A stretch of 64,000 nt of DNA from the NCBI GenBank assembly GCA_963839205.1, contig CAWITU010000001.1, forward strand, positions 4,643 through 68,642, written 5' to 3'. Both the position numbers and the translations under genes were made by a program. The notes beneath the pieces were generated by a model, which made no database searches, was not told where the DNA came from, and saw only the letters and a program-made list of their open reading frames with translations. Below are positions 8,295-17,660 of this stretch, piece by piece. This DNA comes from an uncultured bacterium. GTDB taxonomy: Bacteria; Patescibacteriota; Minisyncoccia; Phycocordibacterales; CAWITU01. Every line of letters begins with the position of its first letter. Position 1 is the stretch's first letter.

Positions 8295-9305
8295 GAATTT
8301 CAAAACTTTCTCGTTAGTTAACATCATCTCAACATAGATTTTAGCTCTTTCTGGGCTTACGTCTTTGTAGTGTTCAAGAAGATGTTCAGCTTCATGCTCT
8401 ATTTCTTTCTGATCAGCTTCCAATTTTTCCTCGATAGCAATTTGGTTGATGATTAGCTGTAATTTTGCTCTCTTTTCGCCTTCTGGTGCCCATTCCTTTC
8501 GGATTTCCTCTTCTGTCTTTTTGAGCTGTTTTAGATAATCAGCCAAAGTAAATTTCATCTGTTTTAAAGTTTCTTCAAATTGAGACTGAAGTTTACTGAT
8601 TTCACTTTGAATTAAAACTTCTGGAACTTCAATCTTAGTTTCTTTAACAATTTCTTCTAGTATTTCCGCGCGCTTCTTTTCTTTAGCGCGGTATTCTTTT
8701 TCTAATGCCAAGTTTTCTTTAAGTTTTTTCTTAAAGTCTTCTACGTTTTCGAATTCACCAAGAGTTTTAACGAATTCATCGGTAATTTCTGGCAATACTT
8801 CTTCTTTACCTTCCTCAATCTTTGGGGCTCGGCTCTTTTGAACTTCTTTGAGTGACTTTTCTATTTCTTCATCGGTTACTAAAAGATCATCATCTTTTGC
8901 GTTTGATTTGGAAGCAATTTTCTTATAGTTAGGTAGCTTAAATTCAGGAACAATAGCAACATTAATTTTAAATCCAAGCGGATTTCCCCTAGCAAGTTTT
9001 GTTAAGGTAATTTTTGGTTGTCCGGCAACTCTTATATTTTCTCCAATAATGATTTCAGGATAAATCTGTTGAAGAGCAAGTTCTGAAGCCTCTTCCAGAA
9101 TAGCCATATCTCCAATTTTGGAAATAAGAACTGATTCTGGAATCTTACCTCTGCGAAAGCCGTCGAGTTTTAGGTGCTCGCCTAAATGCGCTACGGCTTT
9201 CGGCCAGTAACGCTCTATAACTTCATTGCCAATTTCCGCCTCAATCTCAACTTCGCTTTTAGGAAGTTTAGTTGTTTTTAGAATCGTATAGTTTTTAGTT
9301 TCCAA
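8277..9305 (-). CDS. tig: trigger factor, short form apparently lacking the FKBP/PPIase domain
   Basis: The N-terminal ribosome-binding signature GFRRGKIP is present. The protein is 342 aa, and the segment where the PPIase domain normally lies is only ~25 aa. Confidence 0.8.
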   Translation of the reverse strand: METKNYTILKTTKLPKSEVEIEAEIGNEVIERYWPKAVAHLGEHLKLDGFRRGKIPESVLISKIGDMAILEEASELALQQIYPEIIIGENIRVAGQPKITLTKLARGNPLGFKINVAIVPEFKLPNYKKIASKSNAKDDDLLVTDEEIEKSLKEVQKSRAPKIEEGKEEVLPEITDEFVKTLGEFENVEDFKKKLKENLALEKEYRAKEKKRAEILEEIVKETKIEVPEVLIQSEISKLQSQFEETLKQMKFTLADYLKQLKKTEEEIRKEWAPEGEKRAKLQLIINQIAIEEKLEADQKEIEHEAEHLLEHYKDVSPERAKIYVEMMLTNEKVLKFLGEQK

Positions 9306-9831
9306 ATTTTTCTTTATAAAGTTTTAATGATTTCTCGAAAGCCTCTACTGCTTTATTCTTATCTCCAAATCCAAGAACCTTAACTTCTTTATTTTGAAGT
9401 TTTTTATAAGTTGAATAGAAATGTTCTATCTCTTTAAGTGTGTGTTTGTTGATGTCTTTCAAATCTTGAACCTCATTCCATCTTGGATCATCAACTGGAA
9501 CAGTAAGGAGTTTAGCGTCGCTGTCACCGCTATCAATCATGTCCATAATCCCAACAGGGCGAACTTTGACGAGAAGGCCTGGGAAAAAAGGATTGGTTGT
9601 TAGAACAATAACATCCAGTGGGTCACCATCATCCCAAAGAGTTTGTGGTACAAAACCATAATCAACTGGAAAATCCTGGGTAGTATAAGACACTCTATCA
9701 AGAGCAATTAACCCAGTTTCTTTATCAACTTCGTATTTATTTTTTGAGCCTTTGTTAATCTCAATGATGGTATTAATGCTGTCAGCTTTTCCTGGAGCAA
9801 CATCCTTCCATAGATTCAATCCATTAGACAT
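9295..9831 (-). CDS. ppa: inorganic pyrophosphatase (family I)
   Basis: It has YEVDKETG, DRVSYT, DGDPLDV and GDSDAKLL motifs. Confidence 0.9.
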   Translation of the reverse strand: MSNGLNLWKDVAPGKADSINTIIEINKGSKNKYEVDKETGLIALDRVSYTTQDFPVDYGFVPQTLWDDGDPLDVIVLTTNPFFPGLLVKVRPVGIMDMIDSGDSDAKLLTVPVDDPRWNEVQDLKDINKHTLKEIEHFYSTYKKLQNKEVKVLGFGDKNKAVEAFEKSLKLYKEKFGN

Positions 9832-9850
9832 AGTTTGAAATAATTAATTA

Positions 9851-10996
9851 TTAAAGACTTTCGTCAACAACTTCTTCAACAATATTTTCGCCCTTGACCG
9901 AACGAATGTCAATTTTCCAGCCGGTTAGTTTGGCTGCTAGACGAACATTTTGTCCGCCTTTACCGATAGCGAGTGATTGCTGGTCCTCAGCAACTTCAAC
10001 AACAGCTTTGTGTTCTGCTTCATCAAGTGTAACTTTTACAACTTTAGCAGGGGAGAGTGAGTCTTCGATAAATTGTTCTGGTTTTTCTGACCATTCAATA
10101 ATATCAATTTTTTCTCCACCTAATTCACTCATGACTGTTGAAACTCGAACACCTCTTTGTCCTACCATTGAACCAACTGGGTCAATGTGACTATCTGATG
10201 AGGCTACGGCAACTTTTGATCTTGAGCCAGCTTCTCTAGCGATTGATTTGATTTCAACAGTTCCGGCAGAAATTTCAGGAACTTCAACTTCAAATAGTTT
10301 TCCTAGAAACTTTGGATGGGCACGGGATACTCTTAGAAAGATTCCTTTAGCTGATTCTTCAACTCTGGATAGGAAAGCGCGAATACGTTCACCTTGTCTG
10401 TAGTGTTCTCCTGGAATTTGTTCTTCAAAAGGCAAAATAGCGGAAGCGCGTCCCATATCTAGGAATACATTACCTCTTTCGATTCTTTGAACTGTACCGT
10501 TTACAATTTCGCCTTCACGTCGTCCGTATTCTTGTAAGACAGAAACTTTTTCAGCCTCACGAATTTTTTGGATAATAACTTGTTTCGCTGTTTGAGCGGC
10601 AATACGTCCGTAGTCGTTCTTGTTTTCAAGAGGGAAGATCATTTCGTCTCCAAGGGCTACATCCTTTTTAATTTTCTTGGCATTTTCAATCAGGATATGA
10701 TGTTCAGGATTAAATCTTTCTCTTTCGTCATTAACATCAATCTGATCATCAGAAAGATTCTCTTCAGATTCCATAATGACAGTTGAATCATCAACTACTT
10801 TTTTTACTTGGAAAAACTCGGCTTTGCCGGAAGTTAGGTCAAAGGTAGCGCGAATGATTTGTCCGCGTTTACCGTATTCTTTTTTATAGGCTGTAGCTAG
10901 AGCCATTTCAACGGCTTCAAGCACTTTTGCTCTTGGGATTCCTCTCTCTTCTTCAAGCTGTCCTAATACTGAATTTATAACTTTTAGATCAAACAT
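9851..10996 (-). CDS. nusA: transcription termination/antitermination factor NusA
   Basis: The S1 and KH domain sequences are recognisable (IVNGTVQRIERGNVFLDMG, GSRSKVAV, DPVGSMVGQRGVRV, AIGKGGQNVRLAAKLTGW). I place the start at the MFDLKVI ATG (10996). Confidence 0.9.
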   Translation of the reverse strand: MFDLKVINSVLGQLEEERGIPRAKVLEAVEMALATAYKKEYGKRGQIIRATFDLTSGKAEFFQVKKVVDDSTVIMESEENLSDDQIDVNDERERFNPEHHILIENAKKIKKDVALGDEMIFPLENKNDYGRIAAQTAKQVIIQKIREAEKVSVLQEYGRREGEIVNGTVQRIERGNVFLDMGRASAILPFEEQIPGEHYRQGERIRAFLSRVEESAKGIFLRVSRAHPKFLGKLFEVEVPEISAGTVEIKSIAREAGSRSKVAVASSDSHIDPVGSMVGQRGVRVSTVMSELGGEKIDIIEWSEKPEQFIEDSLSPAKVVKVTLDEAEHKAVVEVAEDQQSLAIGKGGQNVRLAAKLTGWKIDIRSVKGENIVEEVVDESL

Positions 10997-11109
10997 ATGT
11001 ATTTTATTAAAAAAATTAGTCCGCCTCTCGGCGAACTTGTTAATGTCTATATGGTACACTTTTTTGTTTTTTTGTCAAATCATATTGTATTATGGCCACA
11101 GATTTGTAG

Positions 11110-11137
11110 TTGACTTTCTGATACATTGTGATATAAT
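11110..11137 (+). promoter_or_regulatory. sigma70-type promoter TTGACT-16 nt-TGaTATAAT
   Basis: TTGACT lies at 11110-11115 and TATAAT at 11132-11137, preceded by TG. Confidence 0.65.
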
Positions 11138-11295
11138 ATCACCAAATATGCTCATTACATTTTGCGAATCTCGCCGTAGCCTAAAGTAGCCAACATCTTG
11201 GCTCCTCCAGGCTATGGCGATAAGGTAGCCCTCTAGCACCAAACTAAAATCGGACATTGTTCAAATGAACACGTCCACTACAGAAAGATAAAACC
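11138..11295 (+). promoter_or_regulatory. ~158-nt structured 5' leader (possible cis-regulatory RNA)
   Basis: A 10-bp stem CGCCGTAGCC/GGCTATGGCG (11172-11219) encloses hairpin AGCCAA-CATC-TTGGCT. A second hairpin is GGAC.TGTTC-AAAT-GAACA.GTCC. GTAGCC occurs three times. Confidence 0.5.
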
Positions 11296-11955
11296 ATGAA
11301 CTCTGAGCTTATGCTCGATGTTGGACAAGCAAACGAATTGAAGTTGGCATTCCGTCGCGAAGGCGACTGGGACAATGAGAGGATTAAGGCACTCAGCGAA
11401 CGCCGTGGCCTCCTCACCCAAGTCCTCGACGTTCTGGAAGGCCGCGCCCAAATCGTTTCCGTGAAAGGCGAAACCCTTTCGTCTACGATTTCCCCCGCGG
11501 GCATCGTGACGATCTCTGTCGATTACTCGCAAACGCTCAAGCAAATGATTGCTGCAGGTCGCTACGACTGGAATAACAGCGATCTCACTGCTAAGCATTT
11601 TCCGATCAAAGGCAAGGGCGTCGTCGAATTCGAAGCCATGCTCGTCGATCCGACTCGGAACATTTCTTCGGAAGACGCGCTCGACCTGATCAACAGGACC
11701 GATACCGGGAATCCGTGGATGCCGGGGCAGACCGAACACCTCTTGGTATATGGGGCCAAATACCCTAATGCTCAGAGGAATAATCCGATCGTCGCTCTCG
11801 GCTCCGTTGGTAAGGTTGTTGGCCGCCGCGTCGTGCCGTGTCTCGTCGAGGTCGGTTCGCGGCGCGGCCTCGGCCTCGGTTGGTGTGTCAGCGTTTGGGA
11901 TTCCAACTCCCGCTTCCTGGCGGTTCGCAAAGTCTCTCGGCCCTCGGCTTCTTGA
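11296..11955 (+). CDS. hypothetical protein (219 aa), compositionally foreign (about 52% GC in first 120 nt)
   Basis: It has GC-rich third codon positions and its own promoter, leader and terminator. The antisense 231-aa ORF is low-complexity and looks artefactual. No family recognised. The C-terminus carries ..RFLAVRK. Confidence 0.65.
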   Translation: MNSELMLDVGQANELKLAFRREGDWDNERIKALSERRGLLTQVLDVLEGRAQIVSVKGETLSSTISPAGIVTISVDYSQTLKQMIAAGRYDWNNSDLTAKHFPIKGKGVVEFEAMLVDPTRNISSEDALDLINRTDTGNPWMPGQTEHLLVYGAKYPNAQRNNPIVALGSVGKVVGRRVVPCLVEVGSRRGLGLGWCVSVWDSNSRFLAVRKVSRPSAS

Positions 11956-11977
11956 TCCATCGGGCTTGTACATGTGC

Positions 11978-12014
11978 CCCCCAATCTGTTTAATTCAGAT
12001 TGGGGGTTATTTTT
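11978..12014 (+). terminator. rho-independent terminator
   Basis: CCCCCAATCTG-TTTAATT-CAGATTGGGGG is followed by TTATTTTT. Confidence 0.8.
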
Positions 12015-12050
12015 ATATTTTTCATGGTAAAATATAAAGACAATTTCTCT

Positions 12051-13805
12051 ATGCCCATTGAAAACGAACAATTAAAAAAATTTATTTTAGACTCAGGCTT
12101 AATTAGCCGTAAAGAATTTGAGGAAGCCGAAGAAGAGGCTCTTAAAAAACAAGAGGTTCTTGCTGATTATCTGGTAAGCCGTGGAAAAATTAGTGAAGAT
12201 GACATGCGTAGAATTCGAGCCTATGTTCTCGGTATTCCTTTTGTTGATTTGAAAGATCAGAAAGTTCCTTTTGAAATTCTATCTCTCATTCCTGAGCCAA
12301 TTGCTCGAAAGAACAATATTATTTCGTATAAAAAGAATGCTGATTCGTTGGAGGTGGCTATGCTTGATATTAATGATCTTTCTGCTATCGATTTCGTTAA
12401 AAAGAAAGTAGGGCTCAAAATCCTACCAAGATTGACCTCGTCAGAATCGATTAAGTCATCACTTCTTCAATATCAAAAAAGCCTTAAGGCTGATTTTGGT
12501 GACATCATCCAGAAGGAGGCAGCTTCAATTCGTTCTATTAATGGAGACCAGCCTGGGGAAATCTCAAGTGAAAAGGATTTAAAGAAAATGGCCGAAGATT
12601 TGCCTGTAGTGCGCATTGTCGACACCCTATTAAAACATGCTATTCTTCAAAATGCTTCTGACATTCATATTGAGCCTCAGGAAAATGAGGTTGTCGTTCG
12701 CTATCGCATCGATGGAATTCTTCACGATGCGATGATTCTGCCAAAAGCGGTGGCCAGTGGAATCACCGCGCGTATTAAAGTTCTTTCAAGTTTGAAGCTG
12801 GATGAAAAAAGATTGCCACAAGACGGCAGATTTAAAATTGAACTTGATAACGAGGGAATTGCTTTTCGTGTATCAATGATGCCGACATATTTTGGAGAGA
12901 AGACAGTTATGCGTTTACTTAAAGAAAATTCCACTGGTTTTACACTTGAGTCACTTGGTTATCATGGCGAAGCGCTTGAAAGAATTCATGAGGCAAGCCG
13001 ACTTACGACCGGAATGCTTTTGGCTAGCGGGCCAACTGGTTCTGGAAAGACGACTACTTTATACAGTCTATTAGATGTTTTGAATACTCCAAATGTAAAT
13101 ATTTCGACAATTGAAGACCCAATTGAATATCAAATGAAGAGAATTAATCAGACTCAGGTTAAGCCAGAGATTGGTTTTAGTTTTTCATCCGGCCTTCGTT
13201 CTTTGGTTCGTCAGGATCCAGACATTATTATGGTTGGTGAAATTAGAGATAATGAAACAGCTTCGCTTGCGGTGAATGCGGCATTAACAGGACATTTGGT
13301 TCTTTCAACTCTTCACACTAATTCTGCAGCCGGTGCGATTCCTCGTCTTATGGATATGAAAGTTGAGCCATTTCTTCTTGTTTCAACATTAAATGTCATT
13401 ATTGGCCAGCGTTTGATTAGACAATTAGCTAAGAATAAGGAAAAGTATTTCTTGAATAAGAGTGAACTTGAACTAATCTCCAAAAAAGTTGATATAGGGA
13501 GAGTTTTAACATTTCTCAAATCAGAAAAAATTGTTGATGAGAAAACAACTTGGAAAGATATTCCATTTTATAAACCAAAAGCTTCAGAAGATTCAGAGGA
13601 TGGTTATAAGGGACGAGTCGGTATTCACGAAGTATTGAAAGTTACTCCAACAATTCGAAATTTGATTATCAAGGGTGCCACATCGGATGAAATTGAACAG
13701 CAGGCCAAAAGTGAGGGGATGCTTACAATGATTGAAGATGGAATTTTCAAAGCCGCACAAGGTATTACAACAATTGAGGAAGTTCTAAGAGTTATTTCAG
13801 AATAA
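12051..13805 (+). CDS. pilB: type IV pilus / type II secretion assembly ATPase (GspE/PilB family)
   Basis: It has Walker A GPTGSGKTTT, the Asp box, Walker B DPDIIMVGEIRD and the His box LTGHLVLSTLHTN. Confidence 0.9.
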   Translation: MPIENEQLKKFILDSGLISRKEFEEAEEEALKKQEVLADYLVSRGKISEDDMRRIRAYVLGIPFVDLKDQKVPFEILSLIPEPIARKNNIISYKKNADSLEVAMLDINDLSAIDFVKKKVGLKILPRLTSSESIKSSLLQYQKSLKADFGDIIQKEAASIRSINGDQPGEISSEKDLKKMAEDLPVVRIVDTLLKHAILQNASDIHIEPQENEVVVRYRIDGILHDAMILPKAVASGITARIKVLSSLKLDEKRLPQDGRFKIELDNEGIAFRVSMMPTYFGEKTVMRLLKENSTGFTLESLGYHGEALERIHEASRLTTGMLLASGPTGSGKTTTLYSLLDVLNTPNVNISTIEDPIEYQMKRINQTQVKPEIGFSFSSGLRSLVRQDPDIIMVGEIRDNETASLAVNAALTGHLVLSTLHTNSAAGAIPRLMDMKVEPFLLVSTLNVIIGQRLIRQLAKNKEKYFLNKSELELISKKVDIGRVLTFLKSEKIVDEKTTWKDIPFYKPKASEDSEDGYKGRVGIHEVLKVTPTIRNLIIKGATSDEIEQQAKSEGMLTMIEDGIFKAAQGITTIEEVLRVISE

Positions 13806-13810
13806 TAAAT

Positions 13811-15016
13811 ATGAAATTTAAAGTTGAAGTTAAAAATGCAGAGGGGCAAGCTATGAATAAAATCATTGATGTATCTGATAGATTTGCTCTTTTCCGCCAA
13901 CTAAAAAAAGACGGTGATACTTTGATTAATTTTCAGGAAGAGAAAAAATCAATCATTGCTAGATTAAACTTTTCATTTGGAGGAATTTCGACTGATGAAA
14001 AAATAAACTTTGCGGCTAATCTGGGAGCGATGTTGGAGTCGGGTCTCACTCTTTCAAGAGCCCTTTCTGTTATTGAGCGACAATCGTCTAATAAAAAATT
14101 TAAGTCGATTGTCGCTTCAATTAACGACGCAATCAGTAAGGGCTCAAATCTTCATGATGCCCTAAAAATTTATCCAGACATCTTTGCTTCTCTGTTTATT
14201 TCGATGGTTCGCGTCGGCGAAGAGTCTGGAAGTTTGGCTAATTCTTTAAAAGCCGTGGCCCTCCAGATGGAAAAAGCTCATACTTTAACTAAGAAAGTTC
14301 GAGGGGCAATGATTTATCCAGGAGTGGTTTTCTCAGTGATGGTCGTTGTCGGTATTCTTCTTTTTACTTTTGTAGTACCAAGTCTTCTTGATACATTTAA
14401 ACAATTAAATGCCCCACTTCCTTTCAGTACCGAAATCATTATCGCTTTAAGTAATTTTTTCCAAAATGATTACGCTATTGGAATTCCGGCAATTCTCATC
14501 GTTATTGGTTTAATTTATTATTTTTCGAGAACGAGGATTGGGAGAAGATTTTTTGATTGGGTGTTTCTCCATTTGCCAACAATTGGGAATTTAGTTAAAG
14601 AAACCAACTCTGCTCGAACTGCGAGGACATTATCATCCCTTCTTACTTCCGGAGTTGATATGGTCTTAGCTGTTTCTATAACTGAAGAAGTTCTACAAAA
14701 TTCTTACTACAAAAATATTTTGAAAGAAGTTGGCAAAAGAGTCGAAAAAGGCGAGCCGATGGCTTCAATTTTTTTAAGTAATGAAAAACTTTATCCAGCT
14801 TTTGTATCAGAAATGATTAGTGTTGGAGAGGAGACGGGTAAACTTTCTGAAATGCTTCTTCGGGTGGCGACATATTATGAAGCTGAAGTGGATGAATCTA
14901 CCAAAGATATCTCTACGATTATTGAACCAGTACTCATGGTTGTAATAGGTTGCTGTGTCGGTTTTTTTGCGGTATCTATGATTACTCCACTTTATACGGT
15001 GATGAATAATATTTAG
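13811..15016 (+). CDS. pilC: type IV pilus / T2SS platform protein (GspF/PilC family)
   Basis: Two GspF-type repeats are present (LSRALSVIERQ.., MISVGEETGKLSEMLLRVATYYE), with polytopic TM segments. Confidence 0.9.
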   Translation: MKFKVEVKNAEGQAMNKIIDVSDRFALFRQLKKDGDTLINFQEEKKSIIARLNFSFGGISTDEKINFAANLGAMLESGLTLSRALSVIERQSSNKKFKSIVASINDAISKGSNLHDALKIYPDIFASLFISMVRVGEESGSLANSLKAVALQMEKAHTLTKKVRGAMIYPGVVFSVMVVVGILLFTFVVPSLLDTFKQLNAPLPFSTEIIIALSNFFQNDYAIGIPAILIVIGLIYYFSRTRIGRRFFDWVFLHLPTIGNLVKETNSARTARTLSSLLTSGVDMVLAVSITEEVLQNSYYKNILKEVGKRVEKGEPMASIFLSNEKLYPAFVSEMISVGEETGKLSEMLLRVATYYEAEVDESTKDISTIIEPVLMVVIGCCVGFFAVSMITPLYTVMNNI

Positions 15017-15019
15017 TGT

Positions 15020-15487
15020 ATGAAGGATCTCTTTGAAAGAAAAGGATTCACCTTGATTGAGACCTTGGCGGTACTTTTTATTCTAGCAATCTTATCTACC
15101 ATAGTTTTTTATTCCTTTTCAAATTTTGAATCCGGTCAGATTTTGGGGAAGGAAACTAATTCGGTTCTCTCTTATCTTGAAAGAGCCAGATCAGAAAGTT
15201 TATCTTCTTTAAATTCTTCACCATACGGGATCTATTTTAATGCGACTTCGACAACCATATTTATGGGAGCTTCATATTCTGCAGGCTCTTCACCCAATGA
15301 AGTTTATACGCTTAATCCATCGGTAACAATATCTTCAATTTCGCTAACTGGTGGTGTTCAACAATTATATTTTAATCAGGTTACTGGAATTCCAAGTGCT
15401 ACTGGCACCATAACACTTTCTCTTTCTGAGGCGACTAGTACTAAAACTGTTACAATATATGAAACCGGGCTTTTCCAATCTAATTAA
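15020..15487 (+). CDS. prepilin-type N-terminal cleavage/methylation domain protein (pseudopilin)
   Basis: N-terminus KGFTLIETLAVLFILAIL. Confidence 0.8.
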   Translation: MKDLFERKGFTLIETLAVLFILAILSTIVFYSFSNFESGQILGKETNSVLSYLERARSESLSSLNSSPYGIYFNATSTTIFMGASYSAGSSPNEVYTLNPSVTISSISLTGGVQQLYFNQVTGIPSATGTITLSLSEATSTKTVTIYETGLFQSN

Positions 15488-15488
15488 T

Positions 15489-15977
15489 ATGAAAAATAAA
15501 GGATTTAGTCTTGTGGAAGTTTTAATTGGGGCGGGGATTATTCTAATGGCTACCACTAGTGTCTTATCTGCCTACAGTCTTTATCTTCGCGCGGCCGTTT
15601 CAAATACTTCTAACATTCAAGCCTCGCTTCTTTCGGAAGAAGGAATTGAAGCTGTCAAATCAATTCGTGATGGTTCATGGACCTCAAATATTGTTCCACT
15701 TTCTTTAAATACAAATTATTATCTTGCTTGGAATTCGTCTTCTTCACTCTGGACTCTCTCAACCACAGCATCATCAATTGATAATACCTTTTTTAGAACG
15801 GTAGTTTTTTCAAACGCTTATAGAGATTCAAGTTCAAATCTGACCGCCTCAACTACATTTGGGGCGACTATTGATAGTGGAACTCGAGAAATTACAGCCA
15901 ATGTTTCTTGGTTGGATAGAGGGGCGACAAGCACTAGGTCAATCTCAACCTATATCAGTAATATCTTCAATAACTAA
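15489..15977 (+). CDS. prepilin-type N-terminal domain protein (pseudopilin)
   Basis: MKNKGFSLVEVLIGAGIILMA. I place the start at 15489 rather than the track's 15459. Confidence 0.75.
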   Translation: MKNKGFSLVEVLIGAGIILMATTSVLSAYSLYLRAAVSNTSNIQASLLSEEGIEAVKSIRDGSWTSNIVPLSLNTNYYLAWNSSSSLWTLSTTASSIDNTFFRTVVFSNAYRDSSSNLTASTTFGATIDSGTREITANVSWLDRGATSTRSISTYISNIFNN

Positions 15978-15979
15978 AG

Positions 15980-16501
15980 ATGAAATTTATTTCTAAAAAA
16001 AATAGAGGAATATCACTAGTTGAAATGATTATGTACATTGCCCTTTTGGCAGTTATTACTGTTGTCGTCATTGATATGATGGTTTCTATTTCTGTCTCTT
16101 ATAGAACTGTAAAAACCACACGGGATATGGAAAATTCGGCCATGACCTCCATGGGTAGAATGGAAACCGAAATACGCGATGCTTCCAGTATTGATATTCC
16201 AAATAGCATTTTCAATACGACATCAAGTGTATTAAGTTTGAATGTTGAAAATGGGACAAGTACAGCAACCAGTACTATTCGATTTTATTTAACTGGAGGA
16301 CAGATTGAAATTGATCAAAATAGTGCTTCTTCTGGCCCTCTAACACTTCCATCGGTCACCGTCTCTTCTTTGATATTTAGAAATATTTCGACCGGTTATT
16401 CATCTGGGGTAAAAATTGAATTAACAATGACAGCTACAACTAGTGCGAATTTGATGACAAAGAAATTCTATGACACCGCTATCATAAGGAATTCATATTA
16501 G
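15980..16501 (+). CDS. prepilin-type N-terminal domain protein (pseudopilin)
   Basis: RGISLVEMIMYIALLAVITVVV N-terminal segment. Confidence 0.7.
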   Translation: MKFISKKNRGISLVEMIMYIALLAVITVVVIDMMVSISVSYRTVKTTRDMENSAMTSMGRMETEIRDASSIDIPNSIFNTTSSVLSLNVENGTSTATSTIRFYLTGGQIEIDQNSASSGPLTLPSVTVSSLIFRNISTGYSSGVKIELTMTATTSANLMTKKFYDTAIIRNSY

Positions 16502-16505
16502 AAGA

Positions 16506-17643
16506 ATGAAAAATAATTTTAAAAACAAAAAAAGAGGACAAGTCATCATGATAGTTGTTGTCTTCTTTTTACTCAGTTCAATCTTGATTGTCATGAGTAT
16601 AATTTCGCCACTTTTAAGACATATTGAGGCAACGCATGAATTTATCAGAGACAAACAAAGTTATTTTACAGCGGAAGCTTTGAATGAAGATGTTTTATAC
16701 CGCTTAAATAATAGTTTACCTGTCCCGAACAGTGTGATTTTGTCTTTAGTTCAAAGCGTGGCAACGGCTACTATATCAAATCTCTCAACCGGGTTAGATC
16801 AAATTAAGACTCTAGGAAGTTTTGATTTATTGTCCAGGAATATTACTAGCGTCAATTCTAAATGGAGCTATTGGAAATTTTAGTTATGGAATTCAAGCAG
16901 GAAGTGGAGGATTTAATATTAGTGGAGGCTCAACTGTAAATGGAGATATTTATTCAGTTGGTGATACTAAGGCAAGTGGAGGAGGCACAATTACGGGCAC
17001 AGCATATTGTAATATGAGTAGTGATAGTAGTGTTTCTTGTAATACCTCAAGAAGTTCTTCTGTGCTCAGCCTTCCTTTTTCAACAAGCAGTATTACTTCT
17101 ATCCAAAATCAAGCAACAGCAGGGACAACTTATACGGGAAACTATAATGTTGGTTACGCTGGAGCAACAATTGGCCCTGAAAAAATTACTGGTAATCTGG
17201 TTGTAAATGGCGGAGGGACGTTAACGTTGTCAGGTGTGGTTTGGGTTCAAGGTTCGCTTTCGGTTAGTAATGGTGGGCAAATTAAGTTGGCTTCTTCTTA
17301 CGGAAGTTCAAGTGGCGTGATTCTAGCTAACGGTCTTGTAAGCTTAAGTGGTGGGAGTTTAAGTGGTTCTAGTCAAAGTGGAAGTTATTTAACGATTATA
17401 ACAACAGCGACCGGAACGAATGCTTTAGGTGTTACTGGTGGAGCTGGAGCGGTAATTCTCGTTGCTCAAAATGGTACAGCAACCCTTTCTGGTGGGGTAA
17501 ATGCTAATCAAGTTACAGCTCAGACAATTTCAATTTCTGGTGGAAGTACGATTACATACTCTAACGGGCTCGCAAATTTAATCGTTTCAGATGGCCCGAC
17601 TAGCTTTTGGAATGTGAACAGTTGGTCGGAGACTTCAAATTAG
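16506..17643 (+). CDS. pilus-associated protein: N-terminal TM anchor plus Gly/Ser-rich beta-helix-like region; probably one gene with a frameshift near 16822-16880
   Basis: The 16506 ORF has the TM segment RGQVIMIVVVFFLLSSILIVMSII. The 16822 ORF lacks any signal and continues with GGSTVNGDIYS.., VVNGGGTLTLSG.. repeats. The frames overlap by 60 nt. Confidence 0.5.
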
Positions 17644-17660
17644 CGTGTTATACTTTTTAT

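Noticed and set aside
11164-11174. The 11-mer GCGAATCTCGC is shared by the island leader (11164) and the rpsL leader (28403), with a near copy at 33279.
   Set aside because: Identical 11-mers are expected hundreds of times by chance among all position pairs in 64 kb. Only the positional pattern of hairpin plus U-tract after promoters is reported, not the sequence identity.
11278-11973. A 231-aa ORF lies antisense to the 11296-11955 gene.
   Set aside because: It is a low-complexity Arg/Asp/Pro-rich translation typical of the reverse strand of GC-rich coding DNA. The promoter, leader and terminator all face the plus-strand ORF.
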